Part shown: positions 1 to 8,844 of the stretch, in pieces | Position numbering within the stretch: the first letter of the stretch is position 1 | Layout: every line of letters begins with the position of its first letter | DNA from: a virus | Virus record (IMG/VR): IMGVR_UViG_3300045988_143931 | Span: 32,001-96,000 of that record | Direction: 5' to 3' (one strand) | Length of the DNA stretch: 64,000 nt | Made by a program: the position numbers and the translations under genes | The notes under the pieces: model-generated | Databases searched by the model: none | What the model was told of the DNA's origin: nothing | Seen by the model: only the letters and a program-made list of their open reading frames with translations

Positions 1-135
1 AGAATAATCCTTTGCAATAATCATGAGCTCCTTCAGGACATCATATACAGGCTCTTTATACTTTGTAATGTATGTCTTTACTACCTCTCCTAAACTTTCT
101 GGGTTCTCTGCTAATAATCTTAAAATTGTTTCCAT
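1..135 (-). CDS. hypothetical protein, N-terminal part only (gene runs off the window start)
   Basis: ATG at 135 follows a GGAGAAC SD. The frame METILRLLAENPESLGEVVK stays open to base 1. Confidence 0.5.
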   Translation of the reverse strand, partial: METILRLLAENPESLGEVVKTYITKYKEPVYDVLKELMIIAKDYS

Positions 136-163
136 GTTTAATGTTCTCCTTTATAATTTTTTG

Positions 164-457
164 TTATTCTCCAAACTCACAAGTGTCACATGTTGAAAAA
201 TACTTATCGTGATCTATGCAGCATTGTGGTCTGTTATCGTCTTCATCAGTTTCTTCATTAAATTTAATATAAAATGGAGTACAATCACAGACCAATATTG
301 ATGCGATTGACATTCCGTAAATAATGGCAGATTTACACTCTTGATTATCCTTGAATATTGAACAATTGACCATCTTGTTAAATTCTTCAGACCCAATGAA
401 ATTCAATACTGTTTTCTGTAATTCGGTTGAATCAATTAGCTTTTTATAATCATCCAT
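164..457 (-). CDS. hypothetical Cys-rich acidic protein (97 aa)
   Basis: ORF track. SD AAGAGG lies upstream of the ATG. Several Cys pairs are present. Confidence 0.6.
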   Translation of the reverse strand: MDDYKKLIDSTELQKTVLNFIGSEEFNKMVNCSIFKDNQECKSAIIYGMSIASILVCDCTPFYIKFNEETDEDDNRPQCCIDHDKYFSTCDTCEFGE

Positions 458-505
458 TTGATACCTCTTTTCTATAATCCAATGATATGTTGCTTTCCTG
501 TGAAG

Positions 506-1396
506 TTACTCAGATATGATTTTCTGGAACATATCATCTACTGAATCCAATACGTCATATCTCTTATCAAATGCTGCCGTTGAACTTCTTGCAAATTTAC
601 GCTCTACCATGTCTATAAAATAAGTGAAATTGCCATCATCGCCCATATAGAACTCATTCCATTCATCATCAGACATCAATCTTCTAACATTCAACTGGTC
701 AATGGCAAGATTATCAAAGCTAACTACCTTAAATTTCTCAATAATATCTGCAAGATTTTCATATAGCCAATTCTGCTTTACAACAATGTTTTCATGATCT
801 TCTGAATAAAAATCATCACCACGTCTTAAATGTTTATAACCAAGAATCAGCATCTTCAGATCATTATTCTCTAAAGCTTCTACATCCGATGGCTTTAATA
901 CCCCGTTGATTACATGAATGACCGCATTTGGATATTTCTTAATAAGTTCAATAAATTTTTCTGTGGGATTTACAAGTGATACACCAAGACCATAGATAAG
1001 TTTTTCATCAACAAGCTTTTTAATAAGTTCTTGTTTTTTCTCAAAATGAATCTGATTTACAGTCATATTTGCAATGACTTTCTTCTCTTTGAGTTTTTCC
1101 AAGAATGGAATTAAATCAGGATGACTTGTAGCATCACCACCACCAATAGCAACTTCCTGATAAGGATGAAGTGTGTTAATGAATTTCTCATTCAAAATAT
1201 CTCCAAATTTTCCATCTGTTGTGCTACCTTCATGGCAGAATGGACATCCCATATCGCAAAAATTACAAATTTTTATATCCATATTCTCTGCAAAAGCTGG
1301 TACAAACTCATCATCTTCTGTTTCTCTGATCTTTGTTCCATCACTCAGAATAGTAGTGAAAAAGTTACCATTCTTATATCTTCCTAATAATTCCAT
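506..1396 (-). CDS. radical SAM enzyme (296 aa)
   Basis: CDMGCPFC fits the CX3CX2C Fe-S/SAM motif ~45 aa from the N-terminus. A glycine-rich AIGGGDATSHPD segment follows. SD AGGAGG. Confidence 0.8.
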   Translation of the reverse strand: MELLGRYKNGNFFTTILSDGTKIRETEDDEFVPAFAENMDIKICNFCDMGCPFCHEGSTTDGKFGDILNEKFINTLHPYQEVAIGGGDATSHPDLIPFLEKLKEKKVIANMTVNQIHFEKKQELIKKLVDEKLIYGLGVSLVNPTEKFIELIKKYPNAVIHVINGVLKPSDVEALENNDLKMLILGYKHLRRGDDFYSEDHENIVVKQNWLYENLADIIEKFKVVSFDNLAIDQLNVRRLMSDDEWNEFYMGDDGNFTYFIDMVERKFARSSTAAFDKRYDVLDSVDDMFQKIISE

Positions 1397-1412
1397 TCTT
1401 AAATCCTCCTAA

Positions 1413-1796
1413 TTAATTGTAACCATAATATCCAAATGCATATACGGTCTCGCCATTTGCTCCTGTATAAGATTCTTCAAAAGTCTCATACTCTTCAGAA
1501 ACATTGTTCCAATATTCTTCAGAAGTACAATAATCTGATTCTGCTAAAACACGATTAAATTCATCGTCATTATTCCAATCTATGCCAGGATATTTTGGTG
1601 CTTTTGTTCTCCAATCCACTGCTTGTTTGAATTTTTCAATCATCTCTTCTTTTGTATACAGTTTGTGAGAACCCCATCTTTCTATGTACATATTCCCTTT
1701 TTCAAATTCATCATATTCTTTTTTGCTACACATTGTTAAACTATGTGTTGAACTGCTATTTGTTTCAAAAACTCCACGTCTAATCTGTCTCTTCAT
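1413..1796 (-). CDS. hypothetical protein, FETNSSS N-terminal motif paralog A (127 aa)
   Basis: SD GGAGG. The N-terminus MKRQIRRGVFETNSSSTHSL is shared with the next ORF upstream. Confidence 0.7.
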   Translation of the reverse strand: MKRQIRRGVFETNSSSTHSLTMCSKKEYDEFEKGNMYIERWGSHKLYTKEEMIEKFKQAVDWRTKAPKYPGIDWNNDDEFNRVLAESDYCTSEEYWNNVSEEYETFEESYTGANGETVYAFGYYGYN

Positions 1797-1799
1797 ATT

Positions 1800-2531
1800 T
1801 TAATCCTCCATTCCATAATCATCTCTTGGATACTCATGATCAATAGCATCCATATTTACTAATCCTGCTTTCTTCATATCTGACCAATAACAATATTCGT
1901 CACCATCCTGAATAACAACATACTTCTTATTTATCAGATATTCTTCTAATGATATATTCTCTTTTTTGAGGAATCCACTAAGCATATCTTCATCAACATA
2001 CCCTGTATATGGCTTATCAAAATGAAAATATCCATTATCTCCCTCCCAATATTCGATTGTATCAATTTTCCAATCTTTTTCTTTCTGTTCAAGCCACTCA
2101 TTAAGTTCATCCTCTGTCTTACCATACTTTTGTGCATATTCACTATCTTTATTCTCTGGATGATTTTTATCAGCGATTGAATCTGAAATCATAGGAATGA
2201 CAATCTTTTTAAGACCAGGAACATATTTTAATGCAAGTGTTTCAAGTTTCTTATAATTCTCATCATTATATTCATGCACTAATGAAGCACAAGCATACAA
2301 CCATTTATCATGAAAGTTACCCAAAGCTCTAAATGGACTTCTGCCAAATTCCATATCATGATCCCAAATATGCCATTCGCAATCCTTTTCACCAGTTTCT
2401 TTGTCATCCCACAAATAAAAATCCTTAGAAATCTCGTCTGGCGTATAATGTTCATCGTTTTTCATGATACAAAGTGAATGCTGACTTGATGAATTTGTCT
2501 CGAAAACACCTCTACGAATCTGTCTTTTCAA
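1800..2531 (-). CDS. hypothetical protein, FETNSSS N-terminal motif paralog B (243 aa)
   Basis: TTG start 9 nt after GGAGG. N-terminus is MKRQIRRGVFETNSSSQHSL. Confidence 0.7.
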   Translation of the reverse strand: MKRQIRRGVFETNSSSQHSLCIMKNDEHYTPDEISKDFYLWDDKETGEKDCEWHIWDHDMEFGRSPFRALGNFHDKWLYACASLVHEYNDENYKKLETLALKYVPGLKKIVIPMISDSIADKNHPENKDSEYAQKYGKTEDELNEWLEQKEKDWKIDTIEYWEGDNGYFHFDKPYTGYVDEDMLSGFLKKENISLEEYLINKKYVVIQDGDEYCYWSDMKKAGLVNMDAIDHEYPRDDYGMED

Positions 2532-2597
2532 TTTTGTTTACCTCCTTGTTTTTATATTCTCTCTTTGTAACCAAATGAAACCTGAATTTACTTACCT

Positions 2598-2873
2598 CTA
2601 CTTTCTATTAATCCATTCCTTAAACTTATTAAAATCATCTTTTGTAAACACAATATCCGAATAATAAAAATCCTTATTCCTAATAATCGCCCAAATTTTC
2701 TTCAACTTTTCAAAGAATGGTCTTTGCTGAGTATAAAAATTGCCATTCGTATAGGTCAAAAAAGCGTAATCTCCATCTTCATAATCGGCGATTTTAAAAT
2801 GGATACCCTCATCACAACCGCATTTACAGCTTACAATCAACTCATCATCTTTAAAATTCTTAAACATTGCCAT
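2598..2873 (-). CDS. hypothetical protein (91 aa)
   Basis: ORF track. SD GGAGA upstream. Contains a CKCGC motif. Confidence 0.6.
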   Translation of the reverse strand: MAMFKNFKDDELIVSCKCGCDEGIHFKIADYEDGDYAFLTYTNGNFYTQQRPFFEKLKKIWAIIRNKDFYYSDIVFTKDDFNKFKEWINRK

Positions 2874-2884
2874 AATAATCTCCT

Positions 2885-3223
2885 TTACTTGCTGTTTCCA
2901 AGCCCAACCTTATAATCATCTTTCACATCAATAGTAACTTCTCGCTGGAATTTCCCTTCCTTGTCATACAAAGATAAGTAATATCTATTACCACGTTGTT
3001 CTAATACGACATCTTCATTCTCGAATAACTGAACTCGCTTCTGTTTCTGTACTGGTTTATTTTCTACTTTTAAGTTATTTATTGCCTCCTTTGAACCAAC
3101 AAGGATTGGTGATTTTAATTCTTCAAGGATACACCTAATATCATCATCAAGATTGCCATATCTGTTTGTGTGCCTATCAACTGCTTTAATAACATCATTC
3201 TCAAGTAATAATCTGTTTCCCAT
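2885..3223 (-). CDS. hypothetical protein (112 aa)
   Basis: Start moved to MGNRLLL, which has SD AAAGGAGA. The longer track ORF would overlap the upstream gene. Confidence 0.6.
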   Translation of the reverse strand: MGNRLLLENDVIKAVDRHTNRYGNLDDDIRCILEELKSPILVGSKEAINNLKVENKPVQKQKRVQLFENEDVVLEQRGNRYYLSLYDKEGKFQREVTIDVKDDYKVGLGNSK

Positions 3224-3224
3224 T

Positions 3225-3689
3225 TTAATATTCTCCTTTCCACTCTCCCAACTCATAAAAATCATTAATCTGGTCATCTAATTTTCTAACTTGCTTTCTT
3301 AAATCATACTCTTCTTTCTTACTATCTGTTCTCTGACACTTCTTCCGTAATTCAATACGCTGCTTAGTCAGTTCATCATACTTTTCAGATACATCAATCT
3401 CATCTACGACTTCAATCCCAATCTTCTCACCACAGTGCGGACAAAACTGAATTGGATAGTTGTCTGTCTGTACAAATTCGTCTTCATATGATGTAATAAC
3501 TTCTGTATATGAAGTACAGAATCTCGGAATATATCTTTCATCATCCCAACAATCATCACTATAAATTAAATCTTCATCTGTGAAAATGATGGCTTTATCA
3601 TTCTGGATTTCATCACAGCAATGTTTAAATGGCTTGTACTTGTATGAATGTGTATCATTGAATTTTAACTTGATTAGCTCTATCTTCAT
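3225..3689 (-). CDS. hypothetical zinc-ribbon protein (154 aa)
   Basis: Start moved to MKIELIKL, which has SD GGAGAA. Contains HCC and CPHCGEK Cys motifs. Confidence 0.6.
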   Translation of the reverse strand: MKIELIKLKFNDTHSYKYKPFKHCCDEIQNDKAIIFTDEDLIYSDDCWDDERYIPRFCTSYTEVITSYEDEFVQTDNYPIQFCPHCGEKIGIEVVDEIDVSEKYDELTKQRIELRKKCQRTDSKKEEYDLRKQVRKLDDQINDFYELGEWKGEY

Positions 3690-3699
3690 ATTTATTCTC

Positions 3700-4173
3700 C
3701 TAGCTAAATTTCCACCAAAAATCATAAATTTTATGAATATGTTGATAACCTTTGTGTAATTCACCCTTATATCTGCGAATCGCTTTATTGGACTGTCGCT
3801 TCAAATAACTGCTTCTTTTACCTCTATACCATCTTTTATAATATGGTTTTGGATTTTCAACATATCCCAAACCTTTAATCAATATCTTATCTTTATATGT
3901 TACAGCATAAGGATATCTACACGACACTCTTTCTAAATATTTGAGATGATTTTGATGCCTTAAATATCTCTCACGCTTATTCATTCTCTTTTTCTTGGAA
4001 TGATTCTTATGCTTTTCTTCATCGTGTTCATACCAATCACTACAATGACCAAAAGAATAAACCTTGCCACCAACTTTATCGCACCAAACACAGTTCTCAA
4101 TATCTTCTTCGTCAATGTATGATTTATATTTTTCAAAGTCTTCATATCCATAAAGGCAATCTTTACATTTCAT
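3700..4173 (-). CDS. hypothetical Cys-rich basic protein (157 aa)
   Basis: ATG follows SD AGAGGTG. CKDC and CVWC motifs are followed by a Lys/Arg-rich C-terminal half. Confidence 0.6.
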   Translation of the reverse strand: MKCKDCLYGYEDFEKYKSYIDEEDIENCVWCDKVGGKVYSFGHCSDWYEHDEEKHKNHSKKKRMNKRERYLRHQNHLKYLERVSCRYPYAVTYKDKILIKGLGYVENPKPYYKRWYRGKRSSYLKRQSNKAIRRYKGELHKGYQHIHKIYDFWWKFS

Positions 4174-4191
4174 CAAATCACCTCTTTTATT

Positions 4192-4368
4192 TTATTCTCC
4201 TAATTTCCTTCCACACCAAGGACAATACGAAATATATTCTTTCTGATGAACAAATCCATCGTCATATTCATCCCATTCAGAAGTTTCAATATCCAAATAA
4301 TATTCATTTGTCAGTGGATCAACATATATCTGATTGTCAGGTGAATCATAATTACAACGGTTACACAT
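4192..4368 (-). CDS. small zinc-ribbon protein (58 aa)
   Basis: MCNRCNY...YCPWCGRKLGE gives two CxxC pairs. SD GAGG. Paralogous C-terminus with 40895..41158. Confidence 0.55.
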   Translation of the reverse strand: MCNRCNYDSPDNQIYVDPLTNEYYLDIETSEWDEYDDGFVHQKEYISYCPWCGRKLGE

Positions 4369-4372
4369 ACAC

Positions 4373-5257
4373 TTACCTCGCTCTATCACATTCGTTAAAA
4401 TCTAAAAGCATCTTATATTTATATTCTCCAAATCTTTCTTTCCAACGCTGCTTTGCTTTATCAGTATCCCAACTAAAAGGCATCATATGGTAATTGATGA
4501 GGAAACATGTATCTAAAACAACATCAGAATTAACATGATACATAGCTGTCATGTATTGATATGAACCGTAACAATGATGCTGATAATAATGAGCTATCCC
4601 ATCTTCATCAAATGTTTGTGTACTCAATTTGCCTAAATCGTGATACAAAGCACCTATTCTGAATCTTGCAGGATAAGCATATTTTGTAGAAAATAATCTT
4701 GATGCATATTTGCAGTGTTCAAATAAATTCATTGTATGATGCGGACTTTTCTGATCAAATCCTCTCATATCTGGAATATCATTTGGTTCGTAATCATTTA
4801 ATAAATTATGAATAATAATCTCATCGAATCCTTCCTCGTAGAACGGAATCTGAAATTTTCTAATCTGCTTATCCAACACAAAGTCAGGTACAGGATGTTC
4901 TCTATGTAGATTATCTTTTTTACACTGTTCAAATGGCTTTGGAATAATTACACATACTTTTCTGACATTTAAGCCATTTACTTTCATCATAATTGCTCTG
5001 CGAGATTTCATAGTCAGATTAGTCGCATCTGCGATTACATTCTTTTTATTCTCCAAATTCTTACGGATTCTATCATGAAAAATTTTGAATACTTCTTTAT
5101 TATGTTCTTGATTTTCGTAATTACCAGTCAATTCCTCACGAATTGCATCGGATGATACGATTATTGTATTTGGATTCTCATTGGCAATCTGAGTGGTAAT
5201 GGTTGACTTGCCACTACCACTCAAACCACACATAATATACAATGTAGGTTTATTCAT
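4373..5257 (-). CDS. polynucleotide kinase fused to an HD phosphohydrolase (RNA end-healing, Pnk-HD)
   Basis: N-terminal P-loop GLSGSGKST with an AAA_33/T4 Pnk-like layout. C-terminal HD signature: H...LYHDLGK and further His residues. Overlaps the ligase gene by 8 nt. Confidence 0.8.
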   Translation of the reverse strand: MNKPTLYIMCGLSGSGKSTITTQIANENPNTIIVSSDAIREELTGNYENQEHNKEVFKIFHDRIRKNLENKKNVIADATNLTMKSRRAIMMKVNGLNVRKVCVIIPKPFEQCKKDNLHREHPVPDFVLDKQIRKFQIPFYEEGFDEIIIHNLLNDYEPNDIPDMRGFDQKSPHHTMNLFEHCKYASRLFSTKYAYPARFRIGALYHDLGKLSTQTFDEDGIAHYYQHHCYGSYQYMTAMYHVNSDVVLDTCFLINYHMMPFSWDTDKAKQRWKERFGEYKYKMLLDFNECDRAR

Positions 5258-6569
5258 TTAAAGTCTCCTCGAATAACTCTTCAGCTTCTTCCATATCAGG
5301 CACATCAGATGTATCTTTAGCAATCCCCTCAATTACCTTAAATTCAAACACCTTATCCTTATAAGCTGTGAATGTTGCTCTGTTATCAATACGAACAACT
5401 ACACCTTCAGCAACATGTGTCTTACCGATTTCATCTGCTGGCATACCATCAAGATATTTATTTACTCTTTCTTTCAAATCTTCTGGTGTAGTAAAAATAA
5501 ACTTCTCTAAATCAGGTACATGCTTAACGCCCAACTTGTCACACCATACTTCTACAGTTTCCCAAGGCACTTCAACAACTGTTCCGTCTGCTGTTGTCAT
5601 TGTCATTCGATATACATACATCTCATTTTCGCCTTGGTCACAGCCATATGAGAATGTTGTGGTGTCACCAAATTTCTTAGTAAATTCTTTTTCCTTAACT
5701 CCCTTATTAGATACTGAACCCATAATTGGTGTTGTTTCATTTACATATCCGACAATTTCATAGAAAATTTCAGCACCTTCAGGAAGCTTGTCTTTTAATA
5801 AATCGTGGTACTTCTTTCTAAATCTATTATCAGAATAATATCCATCATTCTTTGTCATATCCTTTAACACAACCCTTCTGCTACCAGATACAACAGAAAC
5901 TTCTCTTATAACCTTTGGCTTCATATGTAAAAACTTTCTCAGCTTACTATTCTTCTTTGTAACCTTAACAGTCTTCATAGTACGAGCCGATGTTCCGTGG
6001 AGCTTACGAGTAATATAAATTGTATCTCCTGGCTTAAATGCTGATATATTATATGCAAGCTGTGCAGTATCTTTATGCTCCTCAAAAAATGGATATGATA
6101 CTGTTTCTTTCTGAAACTTATTTTTCTTCTTTAAATTATTTCCATTACCTCTTGAACGATTTTTTCCTCTTGGAATATATTTTTGACAAATCTCATGACC
6201 ACCAAGAACTGTAATCTGATCGCCATCTTTTAATTTTGAAATATCTGTATACTTAGAAAGTGTTTCAACAGGTAATACAAGTCCTTCTGACTTCTCACCT
6301 CTAAGTCTAATAGCGGTTACATTTCTCTTCTCAGCATCCATATAACCACCAATGTTGTTTCCATTCTCATCTTTCTTTCTGACAAGGTTATTATCTGCTG
6401 CATACTCAAGTGATAACTGACCGTCAGATGGGAAGAATACTACTTTCTGTCCTTCCTGATAATTCAAATCTACAATTACATTCTGTCCAAATACCTCTAC
6501 ACACTGTAACCTATCAGCGTTACTATGTTTTCTTAATCCTTTTAATGTTGTGATATAAGCACAATACAT
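5250..6569 (-). CDS. ATP-dependent RNA ligase, Rnl5 (DraRnl/NgrRnl)-like with N-terminal OB domain
   Basis: KLHGTS nucleotidyl-lysine motif I (ITRKLHGTSAR). N-terminal HSNADRL...RLRGEKSEG OB-like domain, as in N-terminal-OB RNA ligases. Confidence 0.7.
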   Translation of the reverse strand: MYCAYITTLKGLRKHSNADRLQCVEVFGQNVIVDLNYQEGQKVVFFPSDGQLSLEYAADNNLVRKKDENGNNIGGYMDAEKRNVTAIRLRGEKSEGLVLPVETLSKYTDISKLKDGDQITVLGGHEICQKYIPRGKNRSRGNGNNLKKKNKFQKETVSYPFFEEHKDTAQLAYNISAFKPGDTIYITRKLHGTSARTMKTVKVTKKNSKLRKFLHMKPKVIREVSVVSGSRRVVLKDMTKNDGYYSDNRFRKKYHDLLKDKLPEGAEIFYEIVGYVNETTPIMGSVSNKGVKEKEFTKKFGDTTTFSYGCDQGENEMYVYRMTMTTADGTVVEVPWETVEVWCDKLGVKHVPDLEKFIFTTPEDLKERVNKYLDGMPADEIGKTHVAEGVVVRIDNRATFTAYKDKVFEFKVIEGIAKDTSDVPDMEEAEELFEETLNE

Positions 6570-6639
6570 AAGTTCCTCTTACCTTAGTAAGTAGTGCGCA
6601 CTTTATCCTATAGGAACTTTTCTATTTTTCCTTTCTTCT

Positions 6640-7263
6640 TTAATCTTCTAATTTGTTACCTTTTGCTTCATTACAAAGCTTACACATTGTTTGATAGTTA
6701 CTAATATCATCAATACCACCTTTTGAGCGTGGCATAATATGATCTTTTGTCATTAAAATTTCATCACCATTATCATCAACTGCATACAAATTTAGATGAT
6801 AACTTTTATCCTGTAAATGTCTTTCTTTTGCAAAATATTTTCCTTCAATTCCACAAACTACGCATTTACAACCTTTAGTAAAAAATGTTTGGTATCTTTG
6901 GCTATTGCCCTTAATCAAATCTCCATCAAAATCAACTTTTGCAAGTTTTTTATCTTTCTCAAATAAAACATCCTTTACTTTATCTCTGACTTCTTCTATT
7001 GAATAGATTTCTTTCCTAAGTAATTTTGTAGGATTAAAATCTTTTAAAAGCGTTTTTACTTCACCTAATTTAAAACATTTTTCAAATAGCGGTTGCTTGT
7101 GCCAAGTTACGGATAATAATTCCGTATCGTTTGTAGGTGACATTGGATTATTATTCTTAGGGAAATCGGTTTCTAAAAAATCCCGTATTGTCTCAAACCT
7201 CAAAGACAATACCTTATCATCGACTTTGTATTGGATTTTAAATTTTTTATCTTTTCTTCGCAT
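6640..7263 (-). CDS. HNH endonuclease (207 aa)
   Basis: C-terminal DHIMPRSKGGIDDISNYQTMCKLCNEAKGN is an H-N-H motif. Start moved to MRRKDKK, which has SD AAGGAG. Confidence 0.85.
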   Translation of the reverse strand: MRRKDKKFKIQYKVDDKVLSLRFETIRDFLETDFPKNNNPMSPTNDTELLSVTWHKQPLFEKCFKLGEVKTLLKDFNPTKLLRKEIYSIEEVRDKVKDVLFEKDKKLAKVDFDGDLIKGNSQRYQTFFTKGCKCVVCGIEGKYFAKERHLQDKSYHLNLYAVDDNGDEILMTKDHIMPRSKGGIDDISNYQTMCKLCNEAKGNKLED

Positions 7264-7348
7264 AAAACATATCTCCTTATAATTTAATGTCGTCACCTAT
7301 GTATTCTCTCTTATTTTTCCAAAACTCCAAAGAAAATGCTTCATTCCT

Positions 7349-7699
7349 CTAACCATGAATATTCATATAAGGATATTTAACTCCCTTATATTCCTTATAA
7401 CCCTTTGTTAATAATCTAAAATTCACATTCTGTTTATAATATCCTTTGTATTTCTTTACTAAAAACAAATGAGTACACCTACATTGAATACAAAATTTGC
7501 TATTTCGTTTGGCTTCATTTTTTGAATAATAATATCCTTGAATTCCACTACAACAAGGGCAGGTTGATACCCATACTTCTCTTGTTAAGTTGTGTATTTC
7601 TTCAAATGGAATTTCATGAAATATTAGACCTTCAGGAGTTACAAGATAATATTTCTTTTCACCAACATCTATACTTTCTGACTCAACTTGACTAATCAT
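7349..7699 (-). CDS. hypothetical Cys-rich protein (116 aa)
   Basis: ORF track. SD GGGAGA. Contains CPCC and CIQCRC motifs. Confidence 0.6.
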   Translation of the reverse strand: MISQVESESIDVGEKKYYLVTPEGLIFHEIPFEEIHNLTREVWVSTCPCCSGIQGYYYSKNEAKRNSKFCIQCRCTHLFLVKKYKGYYKQNVNFRLLTKGYKEYKGVKYPYMNIHG

Positions 7700-7978
7700 T
7701 TATTCTCCCATCTGATCTACAATGCTTTGTAATTTATCAACATATATCTGAGCATCCTTTTTATGTCTAAGCTGCTTAATATCAGCAGGTACAAAAGTCA
7801 ATATTGCTTCACCAAAAACTTTATTGTCAGCGTATAAATTCATAAACTGACACATAGTCTCGACATCAATCCAATTTAAATCTGGCTGAAAACAAATCAC
7901 ATCACCCTTCTGTGGATGCAGTTTTCTAACCTTAATAAGTGTCTGTTTAAATAATTTCTTTCTCTGTCTCTTGTTCAT
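7700..7978 (-). CDS. hypothetical protein (92 aa)
   Basis: ORF track. SD GGAGAA. Abuts the next gene. Confidence 0.6.
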   Translation of the reverse strand: MNKRQRKKLFKQTLIKVRKLHPQKGDVICFQPDLNWIDVETMCQFMNLYADNKVFGEAILTFVPADIKQLRHKKDAQIYVDKLQSIVDQMGE

Positions 7979-7982
7979 ATGG

Positions 7983-8339
7983 TTATTCTCCTAACACTTC
8001 CACATCAATACACAATAAATCACGCAAATTCTTAATCTGTTCATCAGTTGGTTTCTTCCACTGCATTGTTTCGTCTACATTAATTGTAAAAGCACCACCA
8101 CATAATTTGATTTTTGCAATAATACCAGGAGCACCAACAACAGCTACTTTTGGCATTGGAATGTTACAACTTGTTTTTGGTAACTTTGATTTCTGAGCAT
8201 ATTCAAATGCTCTTAACTCATCCTTGCCGAGCCACTTTACCCAAGCACCACAATCATCACAATACAATCCTATATTATTACCTTTTGTTTCTATATGAAG
8301 TGCAACGCTGCCACACTTCTTACAACAATTCTGATACAT
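7983..8339 (-). CDS. hypothetical zinc-ribbon protein (118 aa)
   Basis: Start moved to MYQNCCKKCGS, which has SD GGAGGG. Contains CKKC...CDDC. Confidence 0.6.
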   Translation of the reverse strand: MYQNCCKKCGSVALHIETKGNNIGLYCDDCGAWVKWLGKDELRAFEYAQKSKLPKTSCNIPMPKVAVVGAPGIIAKIKLCGGAFTINVDETMQWKKPTDEQIKNLRDLLCIDVEVLGE

Positions 8340-8349
8340 GATTTCCCTC

Positions 8350-8562
8350 CTAATCAATTTCTTCAAATACAACACTATTGAATTCCACATCTGGAAACTC
8401 TTTTATATATACAATTGTGTGCCAAGAATGAACTACAATATCTTCCAATGTATATTCTTTACCAACTTCCAATAAGTGATGATTTTCACCGCCACCACCC
8501 CATACGTCATCATCGTTTCTAACACATTTAATTTTTCTTCGTTTTGTATTATAAATATCCAT
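8350..8562 (-). CDS. hypothetical protein (70 aa)
   Basis: ORF track. SD GGAGTGG. Confidence 0.55.
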   Translation of the reverse strand: MDIYNTKRRKIKCVRNDDDVWGGGGENHHLLEVGKEYTLEDIVVHSWHTIVYIKEFPDVEFNSVVFEEID

Positions 8563-8805
8563 TTAATTTCCACTCCTCTTCCAAACGCCTATATATTCCT
8601 GTGACTCCTGTTTGAATCTTTTTAACATATCAATTAATGCATCTACTTCTGTCAAATCATCAAAAACAATCTCGACTGGATCTTTTTCTTTTAAATCCAA
8701 TCTTTCTGCGTAAGGAAATGGTTTGATAAAACATTCAAATTTAATATCTCTGCCCTTATGTCTGAGTGTGATTTCATTAACATTTTCTTTGTCACCAATC
8801 CTCAA
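8563..8805 (-). CDS. hypothetical protein (80 aa)
   Basis: TTG start 7 nt after GGAGG. Confidence 0.55.
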   Translation of the reverse strand: MRIGDKENVNEITLRHKGRDIKFECFIKPFPYAERLDLKEKDPVEIVFDDLTEVDALIDMLKRFKQESQEYIGVWKRSGN

Positions 8806-8844
8806 TATTTTGCCTCCTTGTGAAATGCGAGTTTTATTGGATAA

